From assembly GCA_964244825.1 (NCBI GenBank), contig CAXTKL010000001.1, positions 1,480 through 65,479 of the forward strand: a DNA stretch of 64,000 nucleotides. Direction: 5' to 3'. Positions 57,134-64,000 of this stretch are shown piece after piece. A model generated the notes under the pieces. That model saw nothing but the letters and a program-made list of their open reading frames with translations. It had not been told where the DNA came from and ran no database searches. Within the stretch, counting starts at the first letter, position 1, and each line of letters begins with the position of its first letter. The DNA comes from an uncultured Aestuariivirga sp. Its GTDB lineage: Bacteria > Pseudomonadota > Alphaproteobacteria > Rhizobiales > Aestuariivirgaceae. The position numbers and the translations under genes were made by a program.

Positions 57134-58056
57134 AACTCAAATTAACTGTTGTTGTACCACACCTCAATCAACCTGAGGAGTTGAAGAGATGCTTGAGCAG
57201 TGTTTGCACCCAGACCTTGCTGAGGGCGGAATATGAAATTGTTGTCGTAGATAATGGTTCTGATGATTTACCACATTCGATCTGCGAGCAGTTTGGTGCA
57301 AGACTCATTTGTACGGCTACGCCGGGACCAGGTCCTGCGCGTAATGCAGGCGTTTTTGCGTCGCGGGCTGAATTGTTAGTTTTTATTGATTCTGATTGCA
57401 TCGCTGATCGGAGCTGGTTGTCCTCTGCGCTCGAAAAATTTGCCGATCCCAGTGTCAAAGCAGTGGGTGGAGATGTGCGGATATCATGTAAAAATGCAGA
57501 TCAGATGACCGCTATTGAAGCTTATGAGAGTGTGTTTGGCTATCGGCAGAAATTATATATCGAACGCATGGGTTTCTCAGCCACTCTCAATTTTGCCGTG
57601 AGAAAAGCGGTCTTTGAGTCTGTCGGCCCGTTTGGAGGTATCGAAATCGCTGAGGACAGGGACTGGGGATTCCGCGCAACAAAACTGGGATTTGCGATTG
57701 ACTATCTTCCTGAAATGATAGTGTATCACCCAGCGCGCAAAAATATTTCCGAGCTTGAGATGAAATGGTTGCGGCACATTATCCACGATTTTGCAGAAAT
57801 TAATGGTTCTGGAATGCGATTGCTGATGTGGTATGTAAAGGCCTTGGCCGTCGCTGTTTCGCCCGCTTTTGATGTTTTGAAGATACTCCGCTCTAACAGA
57901 GTTACAGGTCTCAAGTCATTTCTGAAGGCGTCTGGCGTTTTGTTTTTTATCAGAGGCTATAGATCGTTCAACATGATACGTGTGCATTTTCAAAATGGAA
58001 CTTCCAAAACACCAAAGTGGAATATTGGTGAAACTCACCATTCTGATCGCAAATGA
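57130..58056 (+). CDS. GT2-family glycosyltransferase
   Basis: VVVPHLN, VVDNGS, ARNAG, FIDSD and AEDRDW. Confidence 0.9.
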   Translation: MKLKLTVVVPHLNQPEELKRCLSSVCTQTLLRAEYEIVVVDNGSDDLPHSICEQFGARLICTATPGPGPARNAGVFASRAELLVFIDSDCIADRSWLSSALEKFADPSVKAVGGDVRISCKNADQMTAIEAYESVFGYRQKLYIERMGFSATLNFAVRKAVFESVGPFGGIEIAEDRDWGFRATKLGFAIDYLPEMIVYHPARKNISELEMKWLRHIIHDFAEINGSGMRLLMWYVKALAVAVSPAFDVLKILRSNRVTGLKSFLKASGVLFFIRGYRSFNMIRVHFQNGTSKTPKWNIGETHHSDRK

Positions 58057-59000
58057 TCTGCGATAGGAGGATATCCAAATTTCCATTGCGCCTGCCGACA
58101 ATAGGTACCCCACCAGGGTTTGGCTTCATTCACGTGCTTACCAGTTGCCGTGAGCCATTCTGCTGCAGCCCTGAGCAAACAATGAAACAACATCAACTGG
58201 CGCGCAGCAAATATTTTCCAGGGAGACCAATGCTTTATGGCAAATGTCATTCGGCCTGCGAATAGCTTAACCAGTTTATCTTCTCGTGCAGTCTCGCTCA
58301 TTCCGCCATAGTGCACAATTGTAGCTTCGGAATGAATAGTGGGTCGTGCGCCATAAAACGATGCTCTCTGACATAAGTCGGTTTCTTCGGCGTACATGAA
58401 AAAGCGTTCATCAAAACCACCAAGCTTCTCCCACAGAGCACGCGTGATCATAAAAAAACAACCGGACACGAATTCAACATTTCGATCAGTGTCGCGCTTC
58501 CAACCGCCATAGGCTTCCCGGTTAAACGTGTCACTGAAGCGAAATAAATGTGTAAGTCCGCTGGCGTGGCACCAGAGTGACCACAAAGACATGTGGCGCC
58601 AGCAGGATGTAGGATTGAGTGATCCATCTGCAAAGACAGTCCTGCCACCCCAAATTTGGGCATTTGCATTTCTTTCAGCAAACAGCATAAGGCGATCTAC
58701 GGCAGCATCAAGAATGACAGTATCAGAATTCAGCAACAGGATAAATTCTCCGCTTGAATGCCTTGCAGCAAGATTGTTGGCGCGCCCGAAGCCGAGGTTT
58801 TCGGTTGACCTGACCAAGCTGACCTGCGGGAATGCGGCTTGTATTGCATCAGCTGAACCATCAACTGAGGCATTGTCTACGACAATGATTTCCATGGAAG
58901 ACTGTTTTGTTTCTCTAAAAAGCGACTCGATACAATTCAGCGTCAGCGCTTTGGTATTGAAACTCACAATGAGTACCGAAAGGAGAGGGATTTCGTGCAA
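58035..59000 (-). CDS. GT2-family glycosyltransferase (WbbL/rhamnosyltransferase-like)
   Basis: IVSFNT, VVDNAS.DGS, NLGFGRANN, LLNSD and GGFDERFFMYAEETDLC; likely start TTG 59000 (ORF is open to 59168). Confidence 0.88.
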   Translation of the reverse strand: MHEIPLLSVLIVSFNTKALTLNCIESLFRETKQSSMEIIVVDNASVDGSADAIQAAFPQVSLVRSTENLGFGRANNLAARHSSGEFILLLNSDTVILDAAVDRLMLFAERNANAQIWGGRTVFADGSLNPTSCWRHMSLWSLWCHASGLTHLFRFSDTFNREAYGGWKRDTDRNVEFVSGCFFMITRALWEKLGGFDERFFMYAEETDLCQRASFYGARPTIHSEATIVHYGGMSETAREDKLVKLFAGRMTFAIKHWSPWKIFAARQLMLFHCLLRAAAEWLTATGKHVNEAKPWWGTYCRQAQWKFGYPPIADHLRSEW

Positions 59001-59095
59001 TTTAATCACTTCGAGATAGGAATTTGGAATAGATACGTCATGAAGGGAGTCAGATGTCTGGGGAAGGTCATAGCTATCGATCCTGAACCAAAGTC

Positions 59096-60140
59096 CTAAC
59101 TCAAATGATGAGGAAATGTTTTCGCATAACTTCGCCTCATTGATGAATCGGAAAAAAAATAGAGCCACTTTTTGCGTAGCAACTCTGAAACTGTGTCGAC
59201 TTTTTTTAAAGCCCGCTTCTCAAATGCGTGCCAAGTCGCGTAACCAAAAATAACAATCAAGCCATGAGAAACCAATAGTGAAACCCAAAAATCATTGATG
59301 GACAAAATAATCTTTTTGGATCGGCCAAGCCGAAATATACATGCCATAAGATGGGTCGTCGGCACGCTCGATCCCTGAACATGTTGGAGAACCCACGGGC
59401 GAAAGTTTCAATAATAGAACGCGCAGAGCGCATCCACGAAAAACCAAATACCCAGTTCACCGAATTTTCCTGTGCTGATCTCGACTGGCCAAAAGTGAAA
59501 GCTCTGATAGCAAATAAAGACAGCACACACAAAAATAAAAACAATCAGCAAAGGCTTGGCGAAATCCTTCTTGAATCTCATTATGATCATCATCAATATG
59601 AAACACCAAACGTCATATTGCAGGCTCCAAATGGAATCATTGAGTGCTGGATAGGGTAGTTGTTCCCAAACTCCACTGACATAGTATAGTGGATCGCCGC
59701 GCAACAGCATCATGATGTTTTGCAATACATACCGAACATGTGCAGGCCAATTTTCATAATTCTGGTAAAACAGTCATGTCAGTGCGTATGTGCAAATCTG
59801 GACAAAATGAGATTAGGCAATGTGCGCAGCAGTCTCTCGCTTAAATATCTGAACTCGTCTGAGCTGCGCGCAAGTGAATAGAAAATCAGTTACCTACTCA
59901 TCAAAAAGTGCGTCAACCGACAGTGCATCAATTGAAACGCTAAATGCACTTGGTTCGGGTAATCCCGATAGCGCAAATTGATGGCTCAAAATTGCGCCGG
60001 AGGCTGCTAAAAAGGCGCGTCAATCCAAAACTGCTGTTGCGACTGGGACGCGCAGGCTTACTATGAAAAGTAACGCTGGTGTATTGGTTGCCGTTTTCAT
60101 CCGAAATGGCTGGGTTCGATACAGTTCTTGGATTTGGCAT
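59096..60140 (-). pseudogene. decayed Acyl_transf_3 (OafA-like) O-acyltransferase
   Basis: Family motifs spread over different frames: RNSSFGLTRL / LAASGAILSHQF / MSR*LI..SL.RS...RLLRTLPNL / LNDSIWSLQYDVWC / DPSYGMYISAWPIQ / TWHAFEKR. Confidence 0.8.
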
Positions 60141-60244
60141 GGTGGTATCAAATTGAGTGTCAAGATCTACATTCAATCCATACAGGTGAGAGAACCTGAG
60201 GCGGTTGTGTTTAGCGTTGCGCCCTGTTTCAACCGGGAGACAAA

Positions 60245-61654
60245 TCAAACAGTTCGTAATTCAGACGCCATTTGATCTGAGGCGCTGAGAGCAGTTATGG
60301 ATCCGAGCAAGAAAAAGAACATGGTATGTGAACCACTCCACAAATCGACTGTCACCATAGAAATGCATGTTCCCGCCAACAAACTTAACTGAGTGATTGA
60401 CACACGAGATGCCAAGGAATTTGGTATGTCTTTCCTGTTCGTGATCCCCCTTGCTGCGGAAAAAACTGCGATCAAAATAAAACAGATTCCTGGGAGGCCA
60501 AAACGCATCGCTCTGAGAAGCCAAAAATTGTCGATGCTTGAAGTGAGCCAGTTCGGGCGAATCCAGTCGTTGAAGCCGATCCCAAAAATTGGATGCCTGA
60601 ACACTTCAGCCGTTCCGAATCTCCACGTGAGAACGCGCGTGAAAGCACTGTTCACATCGAAAGTAAGATAGGTTATGAAGACTTCGAATGGGGTCCTGTT
60701 CGATAACAGATCGACGGTGATGTACCCAAGCGCACCGAAGGCGGCAAGCAAGCGCCAACGATAAACCGATGTTTTGAAAACCTCATTCCATGCGATAAAA
60801 GCACATTGGCCGATAATATTCAGATAAGCACCCGTTGAGAAGGATAATAATGTGGCAAGCGCGGCTGCTGTACCTGCAGCCGCTCTGCTCAAAAACGAAT
60901 TGGTCCGCGTCAAAAGCATCACCGCAGGTGAAAAAGCGCCGGCGCAAAAAACACCAAACAATATGGGATGCTCAAATACACCTTGAACTCTGTCGAGTCC
61001 GAGGCGCTTACCCATTTCCACATTGGGATATGTTGTGATAACACCTTGCAGTGTGTCCAGCACCAGTGCACGAGTTGTGAAGGTCTCGACTAACGCGAGT
61101 GGAATAAGGAGCAGAACACTCGTGAAGAGGCACTTGGTCCAGAAAACGAATGTTTCTGCGTTCCCAAAAGTGACTCGCGCCAGCCAATAGCTCCCTACAA
61201 CTTCGATGAGGTGTGAACCCGCTGGCTCAATCCCACTTGCAAGACCCTGATTGACCAAAAAACAAATGGCTGCCCACAGTCCATAGACGGGGATCAAAAC
61301 GTCACAGACGGTAACCGGTCGTAATCTGATCGCTGCAATCAGAACCGGGAATAGTGTCAGAAGCAAGAAGGCGCGCGTGCCCGTGAATGTGAACGAAGCA
61401 ATCTTGAATGTTGCAGGGAACATTACGGCACAGATATACGCGCACAAAATTGTGCGTGCGTAAGTTGGAACTTGTCCCTGTTCTTCATCTTCTGTGGCAA
61501 TTCTGATATCTGGCGTGCTATCGACATTAGATTGCCAGCGTCGGGAAGACGGAAGGAGGGCCGGTTGATAGAACGGACGGTCAGCTGATGCTCTGTGCCT
61601 AAATTTGGCTGGAAATTGATTTGTCAAAAGTGAACCTTTGATGTTCAAGCTCAA
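60245..61654 (-). CDS. O-antigen ligase / Wzy polymerase-like membrane protein
   Basis: Many TM segments; RVQGVFEHPI, HPIFGIG and SSIDNFWL; start uncertain. Confidence 0.82.
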   Translation of the reverse strand: MSLNIKGSLLTNQFPAKFRHRASADRPFYQPALLPSSRRWQSNVDSTPDIRIATEDEEQGQVPTYARTILCAYICAVMFPATFKIASFTFTGTRAFLLLTLFPVLIAAIRLRPVTVCDVLIPVYGLWAAICFLVNQGLASGIEPAGSHLIEVVGSYWLARVTFGNAETFVFWTKCLFTSVLLLIPLALVETFTTRALVLDTLQGVITTYPNVEMGKRLGLDRVQGVFEHPILFGVFCAGAFSPAVMLLTRTNSFLSRAAAGTAAALATLLSFSTGAYLNIIGQCAFIAWNEVFKTSVYRWRLLAAFGALGYITVDLLSNRTPFEVFITYLTFDVNSAFTRVLTWRFGTAEVFRHPIFGIGFNDWIRPNWLTSSIDNFWLLRAMRFGLPGICFILIAVFSAARGITNRKDIPNSLASRVSITQLSLLAGTCISMVTVDLWSGSHTMFFFLLGSITALSASDQMASELRTV

Positions 61655-61661
61655 TTCTTTG

Positions 61662-62573
61662 CTATTTGTGGCTTTGAGGCTTGCGCAGAGTGAGTAACGA
61701 CTTACAAAAAGCGACTGAGAACCAAAATAGCGTGTTGAACCTTATGGGCCGATTTCGCAATGATTTCCAGAAATAGTATCTGGCCTGACGCAGGTTTCCG
61801 GTTTGCAAGTATGTTTTGCCGACAACATGAAGATGGTGCGCTATCAGGTCGTGCCGTTGCGCATATTCGGCTTGATGATCTGCGAGTATTTTCAACCGCG
61901 CGTCGATCCCTTTCTGTACATTACGGGTAAGGCTTCCCGGTGTGTCATAGGCGATAATCAAAGGCTCTTCGACACAACACAATGCGCCCAAGGAAGTGAC
62001 GCGTAGTGCAAATTCCCAATCTTCAAGAGCGGGCAAGCTCTCGTTGAACCCACCAACATCTTCGAAACAAGACCGTTTCATCAAAATTGTTTGTGTGCTC
62101 ACGAAATTGGACAACAACAAATCGTCTTTTACGAAACCAGACGTGTGTTTGAAAGACTGGTGGGGTACAAGCTCAATTTTCCCTGCATAATATTGTATGA
62201 AACGGGAATAGTATAGTATGGCATCGGGGAAATTCTTTACCAATTCCATTTGCTTTTCGAGTTTGTGTGCGAACCAATAGTCATCGCTGTCTTGAAAAGC
62301 AATCCAAAGTCCCTTGGCGTGCTTGACGCCAAGATTGCGGGCTGCGGCCGCACCGGATTGTTTTTGGCTACGCACTATTCGAAGTCTGCTGTCTTGGATG
62401 GACGCCAATACGCCCAGTGTGTTGTCTTGCGAGCAATCATCAACAACAATGATTTCCGTGACAGGGTAGCTCTGATTGATAACGCTGACCACTGCGGCTA
62501 AAATAGTTTCTGCGCGGTTGAACGTTGGGATGATGACCGAAACAGTCGGCAAGTTAGTGATTTTTTGATTCAT
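61662..62573 (-). CDS. GT2-family glycosyltransferase
   Basis: VSVIIPTFNR, VVDDCS.D, ARN.G, FQDSDD and EDWEF. Confidence 0.92.
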   Translation of the reverse strand: MNQKITNLPTVSVIIPTFNRAETILAAVVSVINQSYPVTEIIVVDDCSQDNTLGVLASIQDSRLRIVRSQKQSGAAAARNLGVKHAKGLWIAFQDSDDYWFAHKLEKQMELVKNFPDAILYYSRFIQYYAGKIELVPHQSFKHTSGFVKDDLLLSNFVSTQTILMKRSCFEDVGGFNESLPALEDWEFALRVTSLGALCCVEEPLIIAYDTPGSLTRNVQKGIDARLKILADHQAEYAQRHDLIAHHLHVVGKTYLQTGNLRQARYYFWKSLRNRPIRFNTLFWFSVAFCKSLLTLRKPQSHK

Positions 62574-62586
62574 TCTACGGGATATT

Positions 62587-63516
62587 TTACCAGTCTGAAT
62601 CAATGCGGCCTCCGCTGCGAATACGCTGAGCGCGAAGCGACGTGAAACCTACTTTCAGATTATGTTTGTCCGCTGTAAATTGCAGCAATTCTTCCGCATG
62701 TAAATAGCCATGCTCTTTGGCAAAGCTTTCAACTTCACGCCGCCGACCGAGGATTGGGAGTAACGCACGCTTGTTCAAGAAGGCAAAGCGGTCGTTAAGT
62801 CCGCCCCAAGCTTGCCAATCGGGGACGATCAAATCGCATTCTCCGCTTCCTAACCTGTGAAGCATATCAAAAACACGGAGTTGATCGCGGTATCTGAGGT
62901 CAGCTCTCAAAATTAGGAATAGGTTGGCTTGGTCTAAGCCTGTCATTTCAAGAATGTCGCGGCAACGGCTGAGGCTGTGAAGCTGGTACAAAAGGTTGCG
63001 CAATGCGTTTTTAAACTGCGGCAAGTCTTCTTTCCATTGTGCAGAGCCCAATTGTTTGAGTTCGGCTTCAATGTGATCCGGCGTTTGGGGTTCGATCCAC
63101 AAGACATCGCAATCGAGAAATCGGATACTATCGCGAGATCGAGATACACTGGACTCGCGGGAGTTGGACGAATTAATGGTACGAACGGAATTAAAGTGAC
63201 CCACAACAGTCACGTCCATTCCAGCTGAGATGAGCGGTTTCAAGATGTTCTGGGTGATGGCCCAACTTGTATATTCGAGAGCCCGATCGATGCCAAAAAA
63301 GCACACGACAATATGACGGCTGCCGCCAGATCTCACTGCAAGATTTCGTACGCGTGATTTGCCCAAGATGCGAAAAAATATCAAATAGCTCGCGAAACTC
63401 ACGTAGCGCCAAATGTGTCTGTCAACATGTTTGAAAACACGCATGAAACAGAAGGCCATAAAGTCTGAGAGGTCTTTTGCTTTGGAAAGAAAACGTGCCA
63501 TATTCATTTTATCCAA
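62587..63516 (-). CDS. hypothetical protein, possible divergent glycosyltransferase
   Basis: 309-aa ORF in the glycan locus with VCFFG..R, LILRADL and GGLNDRFAF motifs. Confidence 0.6.
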   Translation of the reverse strand: MDKMNMARFLSKAKDLSDFMAFCFMRVFKHVDRHIWRYVSFASYLIFFRILGKSRVRNLAVRSGGSRHIVVCFFGIDRALEYTSWAITQNILKPLISAGMDVTVVGHFNSVRTINSSNSRESSVSRSRDSIRFLDCDVLWIEPQTPDHIEAELKQLGSAQWKEDLPQFKNALRNLLYQLHSLSRCRDILEMTGLDQANLFLILRADLRYRDQLRVFDMLHRLGSGECDLIVPDWQAWGGLNDRFAFLNKRALLPILGRRREVESFAKEHGYLHAEELLQFTADKHNLKVGFTSLRAQRIRSGGRIDSDW

Positions 63517-63546
63517 AGTCAGCTTTTGATGTATCGCCGGTCATCG

Positions 63547-64000
63547 TCACTGTTTTCCACCGATAACGCGCGATCGAATTGACATTAAAATCCTATTGTA
63601 AGCGCTAGGGTTCAGCTTTCTGACCAAGGCCGTCGAAATTGCGAGGCCAACGCACAGTTTCAAAGCGAGAACCGCCAGCACCCCAAGAACACTGGAGGTG
63701 ACGAAATAGTTAACCACTATGACATTGAAAAGGTATTGACTTGCAACAGTTGCTACAGCCAACCACAGTGGCAAGCTCCAATTGGATATTAGGTCCGACC
63801 GCGTATAATCCAGTGTGTTGTGGGCTGATTGCCAGTAAACAATGGCTGTACATGATGCAGGTATCGTCAACATCCAACTGAGAATTGGCAGATTCCATCG
63901 TGTTGCAAACATAACAGTAGTGACGATTAAAATCAAAATGATAAATTCGTTCCGAAATATCGAGCGGGCGTTACCTTTGGCGACCAGATAAACGCGTGGC
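63547..64000 (-). CDS. polysaccharide flippase (Wzx-like), C-terminal part, truncated by the window edge
   Basis: Frame is open to the window end; several TM segments; glycan-locus context. Confidence 0.55.
   Translation of the reverse strand, partial: PRVYLVAKGNARSIFRNEFIILILIVTTVMFATRWNLPILSWMLTIPASCTAIVYWQSAHNTLDYTRSDLISNWSLPLWLAVATVASQYLFNVIVVNYFVTSSVLGVLAVLALKLCVGLAISTALVRKLNPSAYNRILMSIRSRVIGGKQ

Noticed and set aside
1-64000. CRISPR arrays, tRNA/rRNA genes, transposases, integrases, prophage or defence genes
   Set aside because: No regularly spaced repeats, RNA-gene signatures or matching protein motifs were seen by eye.

Overview
This is an alphaproteobacterial (Hyphomicrobiales/Rhizobiales-like) chromosomal segment with three blocks. 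(1) About 1-16.6 kb is a carbohydrate/cyclitol catabolic island. It encodes an FGGY kinase, a SorC regulator, TPP-dependent E1alpha/E1beta with a stand-alone lipoyl carrier and a LipL-like amidotransferase (no E2 core or E3 in view), a class II aldolase, two Gfo/Idh/MocA dehydrogenases, a creatininase-family hydrolase, an aldo-keto reductase, LacI with visible operators, a sugar ABC transporter, a Hyi-family isomerase and a membrane di-iron hydroxylase. A CoA-transferase follows on the opposite strand. (2) About 18-53.6 kb holds a PAS-GGDEF cyclase, two flagellins and an essentially complete Rhizobiales-type flagellar cluster. It is rearranged, with rem/ftcR moved next to a MerR gene, and no che or visNR genes lie in the window. 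Reading the intergenic DNA shows a repeated promoter motif (xxAG-N7-CAAG-N10-[-10]) in seven places. One copy precedes the cyclase and one drives a candidate structured sRNA complementary to the flagellin 3' trailer. A CtrA box plus structured leader is conserved in front of both flagellins. (3) About 53.7-64 kb is a more AT-rich surface-glycan locus: rmlACBD, three GT2 enzymes, a Wzy/ligase-like protein, a decayed acyltransferase and a partial flippase. All calls come from motif recognition by eye; no database searches or folding programs were run.
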